Source: Clostridia bacterium
GTDB taxonomy: Bacteria > Bacillota > Clostridia > Oscillospirales > CAG-272
Assembly (NCBI GenBank): GCA_017539425.1
Contig: JAFYHA010000061.1
Location: 1,043 to 65,042 of the forward strand
Reading direction: 5' to 3'
Length of the DNA: 64,000 bases
Position 1 is the first letter of the stretch, and every line of letters starts with the position of its first letter. Under the pieces are notes generated by a model that had not been told where the DNA came from, searched no databases, and saw only the letters and a program-made list of their open reading frames with translations. Shown here piece by piece: positions 38,316 to 49,372 of the stretch. The position numbers and the translations under genes were made by a program.

Positions 38316-39527
38316 ATGGCAGTTCCGGCAAAGCTCACAATTCACACGGATCCGCGGTCGCCTTTTCTTACAGAAGCCTATGTGATGGGCGTTCTGTCCT
38401 CTGGGAATGCCCTTTCCGGTGCGTATTCCGAACTTGATATTTTTCCCGGTTTCTGTGATGTGCATGTCCATCTCCGCGAACCGGGTTTTTCTTATAAGGA
38501 GACGATTGGGTCCGGGACCCGGGCCTGCGCAAGAGGCGGATACACGACCGTATGCGCCATGCCCAACCTGAATCCTGTCCCGGACAGCGTCGAACACCTG
38601 AACGTTGAACTGGACCGGATCCGATGCGATGCCTGCATGCGCGTTCTTCCCTACGGTTCCATCAGCGTCGGCGAAGCCGGAAAGGAACTGGCGGACCTGG
38701 AAGGCATGGCCCCGTACGCGGTCGCCTTTTCGGACGACGGAAAGGGACTGCAGGATCCGGGTCTCATGCTCGAAGCCATGCGGCGGGCCAAAGCGCTCGG
38801 CAAGCTGATCGTAGCGCACTGCGAGGACAACACCCTGCTTAAAGGCGGCTATATCCATGACGGAGAATATGCAAGGCTCCACGGCCACGCGGGCATCTGT
38901 GCGGAGAGCGAATGGAGACCGATCCAAAGGGATCTGCACCTGTGCGCAAAGACCGGATGCGCCTATCACGTCTGCCACATCTCTTGTAAGGAAAGCGTGG
39001 AGCTCATCCGGCAGGCCAAGGCGGACGGACTGGACGTCACCTGCGAGACCGCGCCGCACTACCTTCTCCTTGACGAGTCCTGTTTAAAAGAAGAGGGACG
39101 GTTCAAGATGAATCCGCCCATTCGGGGAAAGAAGGACCGGGAGGCACTGGTCGAAGGCCTGTGCGACGGGACCGTGGATATGGTCGCCACCGACCACGCC
39201 CCGCACAGCCCTGAGGAAAAGAGCCGGGGCCTCAAGGACAGTCCGTTCGGGATCAGCGGCATCGAGACCGCATTCCCGCTTCTCTATACGGGCCTTGTCC
39301 GGACCGGGATCCTGCCCCTGTCCACGCTTCTGGACCGGATGGTCTACACCCCGCTCGAGCGGTTCGGCATCCCGGCCGTTCCGGGATTCTCGGTCTGGGA
39401 TCTGCAGACCCTCACACACATCGACTCAAAGGATTTCCTGTCCATGGGCAAAGCCACCCCGTTCGACGGGCAGGAGGTCTATGGAACCTGTCTTGCAACA
39501 TATTTAGGAGATCAGAGAATATGGTAA
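38316..39527 (+). CDS. pyrC: Dihydroorotase
   Basis: DVHVHLREPG metal motif, AMPN, and DHAPH. Start at MAVPAKL with AGGAGG 8 nt upstream. Confidence 0.93.
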   Translation: MAVPAKLTIHTDPRSPFLTEAYVMGVLSSGNALSGAYSELDIFPGFCDVHVHLREPGFSYKETIGSGTRACARGGYTTVCAMPNLNPVPDSVEHLNVELDRIRCDACMRVLPYGSISVGEAGKELADLEGMAPYAVAFSDDGKGLQDPGLMLEAMRRAKALGKLIVAHCEDNTLLKGGYIHDGEYARLHGHAGICAESEWRPIQRDLHLCAKTGCAYHVCHISCKESVELIRQAKADGLDVTCETAPHYLLLDESCLKEEGRFKMNPPIRGKKDREALVEGLCDGTVDMVATDHAPHSPEEKSRGLKDSPFGISGIETAFPLLYTGLVRTGILPLSTLLDRMVYTPLERFGIPAVPGFSVWDLQTLTHIDSKDFLSMGKATPFDGQEVYGTCLATYLGDQRIW

Positions 39528-40618
39528 GAGAATTTGACCGCAAAATCGTACTGGAAACCGGAGAGGAGTATTACGGATACGGATTCGGCGCCCACGTGGA
39601 CGCCGTGACCGAGATCGTATTCAACACCTCCATGGTCGGCTATCAGGAGATCCTGTCGGATCCCTCCTACACCTATCAGACCGTGGTGATGACCTACCCC
39701 CTGATCGGCAACTACGGCATCACGGACGAGGACTTCGAGACGAAGACCCCGACACTGGGCGGGATGGTCGTACGCGAATACAACGACTTTCCCTCCAATT
39801 TCCGGTATACCAAAACGCTGTCCGAGATCATGGAGGAAAACCGCATTCCCGGGCTCTCCGGAGTGGATACGAGAAAGCTGACCCGCTCCATCCGGGACAA
39901 GGGCAGCCGGAAGGTCCTGATCACCGACGCGGATACGCCCTACGACAAGGCCATGGAGATTCTCCGCACGACCGAGATCCCGCACGACGCGGTCTCCCTG
40001 GTCAGCTGCAAGAAACGCTGGTACGCCCGGACTCCCAATCCCCAGTTCAACATCATCGCCGTGGACTGCGGGATCAAGCTGAACATCGTCCGCTCGCTGA
40101 ATCACCACGGATGCAACGTGACTGTCGTCCCCTACAACACCACCGCGGAGACCATCGAAAGCATGCATCCGGACGGGATCTTCATCTCGAACGGACCCGG
40201 CGACCCGACCGACGTCACGCCCGTGATCGAACTGATCCGGAACCTGCACGGCCGTTATCCGATCTTCGGGATCTGCCTCGGCCACCAGATGATCGCGCTG
40301 GCCTACGGCGCGAAGACGTTCAAGCTCCGTTTCGGACACCGCGGCGGAAACCATCCGGTCAAGAACCTGGAGACGGGCAAGGTCGAGATCACCTCCCAGA
40401 ACCATTCCTACGCCGTGGACCTGAACAGTCTGGAAGGCACCGGCCTGATCCCGACGCACGTCAACCTGCTGGACGGGACCTGTGAGGGACTGAGAAGCGA
40501 ACACGACCCGGTGTTCAGCGTCCAGTACCATCCGGAAAGTGCCCCCGGCCCGCACGACAGCGAATACCTGTTCGACCGGTTCATCAATCTGCTCAAGGAG
40601 GTCAAGCGCAATGCCTAA
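39521..40618 (+). CDS. carA: Carbamoyl-phosphate synthase small (glutaminase) subunit
   Basis: FNTSMVGYQEILSDPSY, and a GICLGHQ catalytic Cys block. Confidence 0.96.
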   Translation: MVREFDRKIVLETGEEYYGYGFGAHVDAVTEIVFNTSMVGYQEILSDPSYTYQTVVMTYPLIGNYGITDEDFETKTPTLGGMVVREYNDFPSNFRYTKTLSEIMEENRIPGLSGVDTRKLTRSIRDKGSRKVLITDADTPYDKAMEILRTTEIPHDAVSLVSCKKRWYARTPNPQFNIIAVDCGIKLNIVRSLNHHGCNVTVVPYNTTAETIESMHPDGIFISNGPGDPTDVTPVIELIRNLHGRYPIFGICLGHQMIALAYGAKTFKLRFGHRGGNHPVKNLETGKVEITSQNHSYAVDLNSLEGTGLIPTHVNLLDGTCEGLRSEHDPVFSVQYHPESAPGPHDSEYLFDRFINLLKEVKRNA

Positions 40619-43600
40619 GAGAACGGACCTGCACAAAATACTGGTCATCGGTTCGGGCCCGATCGTCATCGGCCAGGCCGCCGAATTCGACTATGCCGGC
40701 ACACAGGCCTGCCTGGCCCTCCGTGAGGAAGGCTATGAGGTCGTGCTGTGCAACTCAAACCCGGCCACGATCATGACCGACTCCGCCATCGCGGACAAGA
40801 TCTATATGGAACCGCTGACCCTGGAATACATGGCTAAGATCCTCCGCTACGAGCGTCCGGACGCCATCCTGCCCGGCATCGGCGGACAGACCGGACTCAA
40901 CCTGGCCATCCAGCTCGAGAAGAAAGGCGTCCTGGACGAATGCCAGGTCGAACTGCTCGGCACCCGCAGCGAATCCATCGAGCGCGCCGAGGACCGGGAA
41001 CTGTTCAAGGAGCTCTGCCAGGGTCTGGGCGAGCCCGTCCTGCCCTCCGAAACCGCCACGACCATGGAAGACGGCCTTGCCGCGGCCCATCGCATCGGTT
41101 TCCCCGTTGTCCTGCGCCCCGCGTTCACCCTGGGCGGGACCGGCGGCGGATTTGCGGACAACGAAGAAGAGTTCAATGACATCATGAAGAACGCCCTCGC
41201 GCTCTCCCCCGTCCATCAGGTGCTGATCGAGAAGAGCATCCGCGGATACAAGGAGATCGAGTATGAGGTCATGCGGGACGCCAACGATACCGCCATCACC
41301 ATATGCAACATGGAGAACATCGACCCGGTCGGCATCCATACCGGCGACTCCATCGTGGTCTGCCCTTCCCAGACGCTGACCAACAAGGAGTATCACATGC
41401 TCCGGGACAGCGCACTGAAGATCATCCGCGCGCTGAAGATTGAAGGCGGCTGCAACGTGCAGTTCGCTCTCGACCCCCACTCGTTCCAGTACTACCTGAT
41501 CGAGGTCAACCCGCGTGTATCCCGTTCGTCCGCTCTGGCCTCCAAGGCCAGCGGCTATCCGATCGCCCGCGTTTCCGCCAAGATCGCGGTCGGGATGCAC
41601 CTGGACGAGATCATGCTGGCCAACACGCCCGCATCGTTCGAACCGGCGCTGGACTATGTCGTCACCAAGATGCCCCGCTTCCCGTTCGACAAATTCGTGG
41701 ATGCGAACAACACGCTGGGTACCCAGATGAAGGCCACGGGCGAAGTCATGAGCATCGGCCGCACCTTCGAGGAAAGCCTGCTCAAGGCCATCCGTTCCCT
41801 GGAGATCGGCACGTTCCATATCTACCTGCCCAAGTTCAACACCTGGACCAAGGAGCAGATGCTGGACTATATCCGGCACGGTACCGACGACCGGATCTAT
41901 GCCATCGCCGAACTGCTCTATTCCAAGACCGACTACGGTCTGATCGCGGATGCGACCCAGATCGATATGCTCTTCATCGAGAAATTCCGGAACATCCTGC
42001 GCCAGGAGCAGGAACTCCGGGACAACATCGGGGACCTGGACGTCCTCCGTGCGGCCAAGAAGATGGGTTTCGCGGACAAGACGGTCGCCTGGCTGTGGAA
42101 ATGGACCGAGAAGGAGGTCTACGATCTGCGCGTGCAGAACGGAATCTTCCCGGTCTACAAGATGATCGACAGCTGCGCGTCCGAGTTTGACAGCTATATT
42201 CCCTATTTCTACTCCACGTACGAGGACGAGAACGAATCCGTCGTATCGGACAAGAAGAAGATTATCGTGCTCGGTTCCGGACCGATCCGGATCGGTCAGG
42301 GCATCGAATTCGACTATTCCACCGTGCACGCGGTCAAGACCATCAAGGAATTCGGATACGAAGCGATCATCATCAACAACAATCCGGAGACCGTGTCCAC
42401 GGATTATACCACCAGCGACAAGCTGTACTTCGAGCCGCTGACCACGGAAGATGTGATGAACATTGTCCATCTGGAGCAGCCCATAGGCGTGATCGCCTCG
42501 CTGGGCGGCCAGACCGCGATCAACCTGGCGGACTCGCTCCGCGAGCGCGGCGTGAAGATCGTCGGAACCGACTGCGACGCCATCGACAAGGCGGAGAACC
42601 GCGAACTGTTTGAAAAGCTGCTGATCGAACTGGATATTCCGCAGCCGCCCGGAAAGACCGTCACCAACATCGAGGACAGCGTGCGCGCGGCGAACGAGAT
42701 CGGGTTCCCCGTCCTCATCCGGCCGAGCTTCGTGCTGGGCGGACGCGCCATGCAGATCGTGTCCAACGAGGACCAGATCCGGCACTACCTCAAGACCGCC
42801 GTGGAGATCGACGTGGACAAACCCGTCCTTCTGGACAAATACATCCGCGGCAAGGAAGTCGAGGTCGACGCGGTCTGTGACGGCACCGACGTGTTCGTGC
42901 CCGGCATCATGGAACTGGTGGAGCGCACCGGCGTCCATTCCGGTGACAGCATCTCGGTCTATCCCCCGTTCGGGCTGTCTCAGAAAGTCCGTGAGACCAT
43001 CCTGGATTACTCGCGCAGGCTGGGCCCTGCCATCGGCATCATCGGCCTGTTCAACATCCAGTTCATCGTGGCACCGGACGAATCGGTCTACATCATCGAG
43101 GTGAACCCCAGGTCCTCCCGTACGGTTCCCTTCCTGTCCAAGGCCACCGGCTACTCGCTCGCGGACATCGCGACGCTGGTCATTCTGGGCAAATCCCTGC
43201 GGGATCAGGGTCTGTCCTCGGACTACCCTCCAGAACCCAAGCGCTGGTACGTCAAGTGCCCGGCCTTCTCGTTCTCCAAACTCAAGGGACTGGACGCCTA
43301 TCTGTCTCCGGAAATGAAATCCACCGGCGAAGCCATCGGATACGACGACAAGCTGAACCGTGCGCTGTTCAAGGCGCTGCAGGCGACCAATACCAAGCTG
43401 CGCCAGTACGGGACCGTCTTCGTGACACTGGCCGATGCGGATAAGCAAGAGGCGCTTCCCCTGGTCCGCCGGTTCTACAATCTGGGCTTCAACATTGAGG
43501 CCACGTCCGGGACTGCCCAGTTTCTCAAGGAGCACGGCATCCGGACCCGCGTGCTCAAAAAAATCAGCGAAGGCAGCACGGCCATCCTGGACGCCATCCG

Positions 43601-43787
43601 GAAGGGCCACATCACCTACATCCTCAACACCCGCGGGATCGCGAACATCGACGTCACGTCGGACGGCCATGCCATCCGTCAGTGCGCCGTGGAGAACAAC
43701 GTGACGGTCCTGACCGCCCTGGACACCGCCAAGGTGCTTCTGGACGCCCTGGAGGAAATGACCCTGACCGTCTCCACCATCTTCTGA
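40611..43787 (+). CDS. carB: Carbamoyl-phosphate synthase large subunit
   Basis: ILVIGSGPIVIGQAAEFDYAG, duplicated at VLGSGPIRIGQGIEFDY, plus a C-terminal MGS-like domain. Start trimmed to MPKRTD; overlaps the carA stop (ATGCCTAA). Confidence 0.97.
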   Translation: MPKRTDLHKILVIGSGPIVIGQAAEFDYAGTQACLALREEGYEVVLCNSNPATIMTDSAIADKIYMEPLTLEYMAKILRYERPDAILPGIGGQTGLNLAIQLEKKGVLDECQVELLGTRSESIERAEDRELFKELCQGLGEPVLPSETATTMEDGLAAAHRIGFPVVLRPAFTLGGTGGGFADNEEEFNDIMKNALALSPVHQVLIEKSIRGYKEIEYEVMRDANDTAITICNMENIDPVGIHTGDSIVVCPSQTLTNKEYHMLRDSALKIIRALKIEGGCNVQFALDPHSFQYYLIEVNPRVSRSSALASKASGYPIARVSAKIAVGMHLDEIMLANTPASFEPALDYVVTKMPRFPFDKFVDANNTLGTQMKATGEVMSIGRTFEESLLKAIRSLEIGTFHIYLPKFNTWTKEQMLDYIRHGTDDRIYAIAELLYSKTDYGLIADATQIDMLFIEKFRNILRQEQELRDNIGDLDVLRAAKKMGFADKTVAWLWKWTEKEVYDLRVQNGIFPVYKMIDSCASEFDSYIPYFYSTYEDENESVVSDKKKIIVLGSGPIRIGQGIEFDYSTVHAVKTIKEFGYEAIIINNNPETVSTDYTTSDKLYFEPLTTEDVMNIVHLEQPIGVIASLGGQTAINLADSLRERGVKIVGTDCDAIDKAENRELFEKLLIELDIPQPPGKTVTNIEDSVRAANEIGFPVLIRPSFVLGGRAMQIVSNEDQIRHYLKTAVEIDVDKPVLLDKYIRGKEVEVDAVCDGTDVFVPGIMELVERTGVHSGDSISVYPPFGLSQKVRETILDYSRRLGPAIGIIGLFNIQFIVAPDESVYIIEVNPRSSRTVPFLSKATGYSLADIATLVILGKSLRDQGLSSDYPPEPKRWYVKCPAFSFSKLKGLDAYLSPEMKSTGEAIGYDDKLNRALFKALQATNTKLRQYGTVFVTLADADKQEALPLVRRFYNLGFNIEATSGTAQFLKEHGIRTRVLKKISEGSTAILDAIRKGHITYILNTRGIANIDVTSDGHAIRQCAVENNVTVLTALDTAKVLLDALEEMTLTVSTIF

Positions 43788-43808
43788 CACCCGCCACGGA
43801 GAATCTGT

Positions 43809-44546
43809 ATGCAGCAAGCATTTTTTGAAATTGAGGAGCAGAGCCGTCTGACCGATTCGGTGTACCGGATGGTCCTGAGAGGCGACACCTCCGGCGTGCG
43901 CGCTCCCGGACAGTTCGTGAACATCCGGATCGAGGGCACGTTCCTGCGCCGGCCGATCTCGGTCTGCGACTGCGAACCGGACCGCCTGACCCTGATCTAC
44001 AAGGTGGTCGGAAAAGGCACCGCGATCCTGAAAGGCCTTCCCGTCTCTTCCAAACTGGACATACTCACCGGACTGGGCAACGGATATGACCTGACTCCGG
44101 CCGGGAATACCCCCCTGCTCATCGGCGGAGGCGTCGGGGTCCCTCCCCTTTACCTGCTCTGCAAAAGGCTGATCGCCCGGGGGGCCCGTCCTACGGTCAT
44201 CCTGGGGTTCAATACCGCAAGCGAGATTTTTTACGAGAAGGAATTCCGCTCGCTCGGAGCAGACGTGACGGTCACCACCGTGGACGGATCGTACGGAACC
44301 AAAGGGTTCGTCACCGCCGCGATGGACGGGATCCCCTGCAGCTATTTCTACACCTGCGGCCCTTTGCCTATGCTGAAGAGCGTATACCGCGGGACAACCG
44401 TTTCCGGCCAGTTCAGTCTGGAGGAGCGGATGGGCTGCGGCTTCGGGGCCTGCATGGGATGCACCTGCCACACCAACAGCGGAGACAAGCGCGTCTGCCG
44501 TGAGGGACCGGTGTTCACCAAGGAGGATCTGCCATGGGAAGACTGA
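43809..44546 (+). CDS. pyrK: Dihydroorotate dehydrogenase B electron-transfer subunit
   Basis: FAD/NAD-binding fold plus a C-terminal 2Fe-2S motif CGFGACMGCTC...C. Confidence 0.92.
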   Translation: MQQAFFEIEEQSRLTDSVYRMVLRGDTSGVRAPGQFVNIRIEGTFLRRPISVCDCEPDRLTLIYKVVGKGTAILKGLPVSSKLDILTGLGNGYDLTPAGNTPLLIGGGVGVPPLYLLCKRLIARGARPTVILGFNTASEIFYEKEFRSLGADVTVTTVDGSYGTKGFVTAAMDGIPCSYFYTCGPLPMLKSVYRGTTVSGQFSLEERMGCGFGACMGCTCHTNSGDKRVCREGPVFTKEDLPWED

Positions 44547-45448
44547 GCGTAGATCTGTGCGGGATCGGACTGGACAATCCCCTGATTCCCGCTTCCGGTA
44601 CGTTCGGATACGGATACGAATTTGCCGAACTCTATGATATCAACTGCCTGGGTACGTTTTCCTTCAAGGGCACGACCCTGCAGCCCCGGTACGGCAACCC
44701 GACCCCCCGGATCGCGGAGTGCACGGCCGGCATGCTCAATGCGGTCGGACTGCAGAATCCGGGCGTAGGCCGGGTCATCTCGGAGGAACTGCCCAAGCTC
44801 CGGACCGTATTTCACAAACCGGTCATGGCCAACATCTGCGGCTTTTCCGAATCCGATTATGTGGAGACCGCGCAGAGGTTGGACGAACAGGAAGGGATCG
44901 GCTGGCTGGAGCTGAACATCAGCTGCCCCAACGTACACGGGGGCGGAATGAGTTTCGGCACGGACCCGAAATCCGCGGGAGAACTGACCAAAGCGGTCCG
45001 GAAAGCCGTGCGCAAGCCCCTTATCGTCAAGCTGTCGCCCAATGTGACCAGCATTGCGGAGATCGCAAAGGCCTGCGAGGCTGCGGGCGCCGACGCCCTC
45101 AGCCTGATCAACACGCTGCTCGGCCTGCGCATCGATCTGCGCACCCGCAGACCCGTTCTGGCCAACCGGACCGGGGGTTTCTCCGGACCGGCCGTTTTTC
45201 CGGTCGCGCTGCGCATGGTCCAGGACGTAGCCCGTGCCGTGCGGATACCCGTCGTCGGGATGGGCGGCATCCGGAGCGCCGAGGACGTGCTGGAAATGAT
45301 GATGGCCGGAGCCTGCTGCGTTGAGATTGGAACCGCAAACCTGGTCGACCCGTACGCCTGCCCCGCCATACTCGAACAACTGCCCCGCGTCATGGACACC
45401 TACGGGATCCGTGACTTGCGGGAGATCATCGGAGGTGCCAATACCTGA
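44534..45448 (+). CDS. pyrD: Dihydroorotate dehydrogenase B catalytic subunit
   Basis: NPLIPASGTFGYG, NISCPNV, and a GGI..AEDVLEMMMAGA block. Confidence 0.95.
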   Translation: MGRLSVDLCGIGLDNPLIPASGTFGYGYEFAELYDINCLGTFSFKGTTLQPRYGNPTPRIAECTAGMLNAVGLQNPGVGRVISEELPKLRTVFHKPVMANICGFSESDYVETAQRLDEQEGIGWLELNISCPNVHGGGMSFGTDPKSAGELTKAVRKAVRKPLIVKLSPNVTSIAEIAKACEAAGADALSLINTLLGLRIDLRTRRPVLANRTGGFSGPAVFPVALRMVQDVARAVRIPVVGMGGIRSAEDVLEMMMAGACCVEIGTANLVDPYACPAILEQLPRVMDTYGIRDLREIIGGANT

Positions 45449-46143
45449 TGGGAAAAGATGTCATCGTAGCCTGTGATTTCTCCACAGCCGCAGAAACCTT
45501 CTCGTTTCTGGACCACTTCAGCGGACGCAAGCCGTTTCTCAAGATCGGCATGGAACTCTTCTATGCCGAAGGACCGGATATCGTACGCAAGATCAAGGCG
45601 CGCGGACACCGCGTGTTCCTGGACCTGAAATTGCACGATATCCCGAATACCGTGAAAAAAGCCATGTCCGTCCTTTCCGGACTGGACGTGGACATTGTAA
45701 ACCTACACGCCGCGGGAACCTGCGCCATGATGCGCGCCGCTCTGGAGGGACTGACCCGTCCGGACGGATCCCGCCCGCTGCTCATTGCGGTCACACAGCT
45801 GACCTCGACCGACCAGATCGCTCTTGAAGAGGACCTCTGGATCGACAGGCCGATGCCGGACGTGGTGATGCACTATGCCGAAAACGCCGCGAAATCCGGT
45901 CTGGACGGCGTTGTCTGCTCCCCGCTGGAAGCCGCAACCGTGCACCGCGTATGCGGCCCGTCCTTCCTGACCGTCACGCCGGGCATCCGATTTGCGGACG
46001 CGGTGAAAGACGACCAGAAGCGGATCATGACCCCGGCTGACGCCAAGCTTGCGGGATCCGATTACATCGTGGTCGGCCGCCCGATCACCGCGGCGCCGGA
46101 TCCGGCCGCCGCCTACGCGCGCTGTCTGCAGGAATTCCTGTAA
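45448..46143 (+). CDS. pyrF: Orotidine 5'-phosphate decarboxylase
   Basis: FLDLKLHDIPNTV, and a C-terminal VVGRPIT motif. Confidence 0.95.
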   Translation: MGKDVIVACDFSTAAETFSFLDHFSGRKPFLKIGMELFYAEGPDIVRKIKARGHRVFLDLKLHDIPNTVKKAMSVLSGLDVDIVNLHAAGTCAMMRAALEGLTRPDGSRPLLIAVTQLTSTDQIALEEDLWIDRPMPDVVMHYAENAAKSGLDGVVCSPLEAATVHRVCGPSFLTVTPGIRFADAVKDDQKRIMTPADAKLAGSDYIVVGRPITAAPDPAAAYARCLQEFL

Positions 46144-46158
46144 ATTTTGGAGGGAGAT

Positions 46159-46809
46159 ATGGAACTGAACCAAGTCATTGCCAAGGATTTGTTATCCATC
46201 CGTGCCGTCTTTTTCCGCCCGGAGGAGCCTTTCACCTGGGCCAGCGGTATCAAGAGTCCGGTCTATTGCGACAACCGTCTGACCCTGTCCGCTCCGGACG
46301 TCCGGACCGACGTGGAGAGCGGTCTTTGTGAGATCATCCGCACCTATTATCCGGATGCCGAGGTCCTGATGGGCACGTCCACGGCCGGTATCGCGCACGC
46401 TGCGATCACCGCCCATATGATGGGCCTGCCGATGGGCTACGTGCGCTCGGGTGCCAAGGACCACGGCCGGAAGAATCAGATTGAGGGCAGACTTCTGCCC
46501 GGTCAGAAAGTCGTGGTCGTGGAGGACCTCATCTCCACCGGAGGCAGCGTGCTCGAGGTCGTGGAGGTTCTGAGGGAAGCCGGCGCGCAGGTGCTGGGCG
46601 TCGCGTCCATCTTCACCTACGGCATGAAAAAAGGTCTGGAACGTCTGGCCGGAGCGAATGTGGTCAATCATTCCCTGACCGACTTTGACTGCATCGCCGC
46701 AGTGGCCCGGGACGAGGGATACATCGCTCCTGAGGATGTGGACAAGTTGCTCCGCTTCCGGGACAATCCCTCGGACGAGAGCTGGATGCGGACGGGAGAA
46801 CAGGCATGA
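46159..46809 (+). CDS. pyrE: Orotate phosphoribosyltransferase
   Basis: PRPP motif [13 protein letters not shown]. Start at MELNQV with GGAGGG RBS. Confidence 0.93.
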   Translation: MELNQVIAKDLLSIRAVFFRPEEPFTWASGIKSPVYCDNRLTLSAPDVRTDVESGLCEIIRTYYPDAEVLMGTSTAGIAHAAITAHMMGLPMGYVRSGAKDHGRKNQIEGRLLPGQKVVVVEDLISTGGSVLEVVEVLREAGAQVLGVASIFTYGMKKGLERLAGANVVNHSLTDFDCIAAVARDEGYIAPEDVDKLLRFRDNPSDESWMRTGEQA

Positions 46810-47735
46810 AGAGCGTCATCAGCATTCTGGACCTGTCCACTGACGAGATCGACGATCTGGTCAGAACCGCCGGTAAGATCATTCAGCGTCCGCAGGACTA
46901 TTCCGGGATCTGCAAGGGATTGAAGCTGGCCACTCTGTTTTTCGAGCCTTCCACCCGCACCCGACTGAGTTTCGAAGCAGCCATGTATGAACTGGGCGGA
47001 AACGTCCTGTCCGTGGCGGGGGCCGACACGTCCTCGGCCGCCAAGGGCGAGAGCATCCGGGACACCGCTTTGACGGTCAGCTGCTATGCGGACATCATCG
47101 CTATGCGCCACCCCAAGGAAGGCGCGCCGCTCGTGGCCTCCTCGGCTGCGACCGTTCCCGTGATCAATGCGGGTGACGGGGGACACAATCACCCGACACA
47201 GACTCTTGCCGACCTGTTGACCATACATCGCGAAAAAGGCCGTTTTTCCGGGTTGACCATCGGACTGTGCGGGGACCTGAAATTCGGCCGCACGGTTCAC
47301 TCTCTGATCCAGGCCATGTCCCGGTATCCGGATAACCGTTTCGTCCTGATCTCCCCGGAAGAACTGAAGTTGCCCAGTTATGTAAAAAAAGACGTCCTGC
47401 AGGCACAGGGCGTTCCGTATGAGCAGACTACCGATCTGGTGGGCGCCATGCCGGATCTGGACATTCTGTATATGACCCGCGTACAGCGCGAGCGGTTCTT
47501 CAATGAAGAGGACTATCTTCGTCTCAAGGACAGTTACATCCTGGATATGCGCAAGATGGCTTATGCGCGTCCCGATATGTCGGTCATGCACCCCCTTCCC
47601 CGAGTCAATGAGATCAGCGTGGAGGTAGACTCGGATCCCAGGGCCTGCTATTTCAAACAGGTCCTGAACGGGAAATACATGCGCATGGCGCTGATTCTTT
47701 ATCTGTTGAGGGAGGTCGGAAAAGTTGAATATTGA
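46806..47735 (+). CDS. pyrB: Aspartate carbamoyltransferase catalytic subunit
   Basis: FFEPSTRTR, and the HPTQ and HPLPR motifs. Confidence 0.96.
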   Translation: MKSVISILDLSTDEIDDLVRTAGKIIQRPQDYSGICKGLKLATLFFEPSTRTRLSFEAAMYELGGNVLSVAGADTSSAAKGESIRDTALTVSCYADIIAMRHPKEGAPLVASSAATVPVINAGDGGHNHPTQTLADLLTIHREKGRFSGLTIGLCGDLKFGRTVHSLIQAMSRYPDNRFVLISPEELKLPSYVKKDVLQAQGVPYEQTTDLVGAMPDLDILYMTRVQRERFFNEEDYLRLKDSYILDMRKMAYARPDMSVMHPLPRVNEISVEVDSDPRACYFKQVLNGKYMRMALILYLLREVGKVEY

Positions 47736-48150
47736 TTCCATCCAGAACGGTGTGGTCATCGACCACATCACCGCAGGACGCGGTATGCGCCTGTACGAAC
47801 TTCTCCACCTACAGGACCTGGACTGCTCCGTGGCCATGATTCGGAATGTCTCCAGCCGGAAGATGGGAAAGAAAGACATCATCAAGATCGACGCGGATAT
47901 CCCGATCAACCTCGATGCGATAGGATATGTGGATCCGAATGCGACAGTTAATATCATCCGGGACGGCAAACTGGTCGAGAAGAAAGTCATCGGGTTACCG
48001 GAGCGGCTGACGAACGTGCTGTTCTGCAAGAATCCAAGATGTATCACGACGACCGAGCAGGAACTCAACCATGTCTTCCGTCTAACCGATCCTGCACACC
48101 GGATCTACCGTTGCCTGTATTGCGAAACAAAGGCAAGCGAGCAAGATTGA
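47725..48150 (+). CDS. pyrI: Aspartate carbamoyltransferase regulatory subunit
   Basis: [10 protein letters not shown], and a C-terminal zinc motif CKNPRCIT...[10 protein letters not shown] start overlaps the pyrB 3' end. Confidence 0.92.
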   Translation: MNIDSIQNGVVIDHITAGRGMRLYELLHLQDLDCSVAMIRNVSSRKMGKKDIIKIDADIPINLDAIGYVDPNATVNIIRDGKLVEKKVIGLPERLTNVLFCKNPRCITTTEQELNHVFRLTDPAHRIYRCLYCETKASEQD

Positions 48151-48346
48151 CTTACTCTCAATTCAGCACGATTGATCTCCGAAATCCAAGTTGGGCTGTT
48201 TGGAAATACGATCAAATAATTGCTTGGGTCGTTGTTGGCCATTTCTTCTTTTTCCTTTCTTTTATACCCATACGGCTATTATACACCCGGTGTCAATGAT
48301 TCAGCGCAGTCCAATGCCCGAAGCCTCATATTTACCGCTTACGAAA

Positions 48347-48386
48347 GACCCCCGGAAGCCTGTGCCAGATCAGACTTCCGGGGGTC
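48347..48386. terminator. 12-bp GC-rich hairpin between the convergent pyr operon and the lipoprotein gene
   Basis: GACCCCCGGAAG-16 nt-CTTCCGGGGGTC. Weak T tracts on both sides. Confidence 0.55.
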
Positions 48387-48412
48387 CGTATTGTGTCTGT
48401 TGTAAAACGGGA

Positions 48413-49372
48413 TCATTCCCATTCGGACGAACCGATTTCCTGTCCGAAAATCCACGTTCTTCCGCCGTCGTCCGTCCGGAAGAAGACCGTTTTCTGACCC
48501 TCCCGATCGTTCACACAGACGAAGACGATCCCTTCTTCCTCCAGGAAATAGGGAAAGAACGCGGTTGCGTAAGTGTATCCGGCATATTCGTCGGGAAGAC
48601 TGAGTCCCATATCCTGCCAGGTCCGGCCACCATCGAATGTCCCGAACAGTTTGAAATTGCCGGCAAAATCATCGGACAGAAGATCGTCCTGACAAAGGAA
48701 TCCGATCGTTTTTGACAGGATGAAAGCGCCGGTCACCCGATAGGGATATGCATTGTTGTCCCCGTACTCATAGTAATCCGTTCCGTTCTCCGTTCTCCAG
48801 ATCGTATGGATTCCTTTGTGAAACGGAATCGCTTCGTCCGTAACAAACACGAACCAGTCGTCCCCAGAAAAACCGCTTGCCGTGGAAATCCTGTCCGGAT
48901 CAACCAGCAGGTCAACGAGAAGTTTTTCCCGGGTATGGTCCGCCAGAGAGCGCCAAGCCCTGCTCCAGACCGATCCCGGAAATTGGGAATCGACAGTTAC
49001 GGGAGTCGGGATACTCGCACGGGCTTCCGTATCGTACCGATAGCTGTATGTGCTGAACGCGCAAAAGCTTTCCTGCATGCAGAAGTATGAGCCCCCCGAT
49101 CCCACCTCCGTAGACCCGAACGCCTCGGTAATATCCATCGGATTTCCTTTCAGGATCGAAATCGCCAAGGCTCTGAGCCGATTCCTGCCGGTATCGAATG
49201 AAACGCTTTCTTCCTGTTGAGATTCCGATTCGACCGTTTGTATGGAAGATTCGTCGTCCGGCCCGGGGATTGTTTCGCTCGGCCGATTAACCGAGCGGCA
49301 GGCGATGGCGGAGAGAAGCAAAGCGAGAAGAAGGAAAAGCAGGGGCCGCAGATGAATCTTATTGATTGTCAT
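48413..49372 (-). CDS. Lipoprotein with C-terminal Asp-box (BNR) repeats
   Basis: Signal peptide plus lipobox LSAIAC. Two Asp-box-like motifs, FDGGRTW and TDDGGRTW. Confidence 0.7.
   Translation of the reverse strand: MTINKIHLRPLLFLLLALLLSAIACRSVNRPSETIPGPDDESSIQTVESESQQEESVSFDTGRNRLRALAISILKGNPMDITEAFGSTEVGSGGSYFCMQESFCAFSTYSYRYDTEARASIPTPVTVDSQFPGSVWSRAWRSLADHTREKLLVDLLVDPDRISTASGFSGDDWFVFVTDEAIPFHKGIHTIWRTENGTDYYEYGDNNAYPYRVTGAFILSKTIGFLCQDDLLSDDFAGNFKLFGTFDGGRTWQDMGLSLPDEYAGYTYATAFFPYFLEEEGIVFVCVNDREGQKTVFFRTDDGGRTWIFGQEIGSSEWE

Noticed and set aside
40755-44471. 1238-aa ORF on the minus strand
   Set aside because: It lies entirely antisense to carB, whose identity is unambiguous. Its Arg/Gly/Asp/Val-rich composition with no motifs is typical of stop-poor antisense frames in GC-rich coding DNA.
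48105-48242. 45-codon minus-strand ORF (MANNDPSNYLIVFPNSP...) downstream of pyrI
   Set aside because: It would overlap the pyrI 3' end by 46 nt. Its RBS is weak, and there is no support beyond an open frame in an A/T-rich patch.
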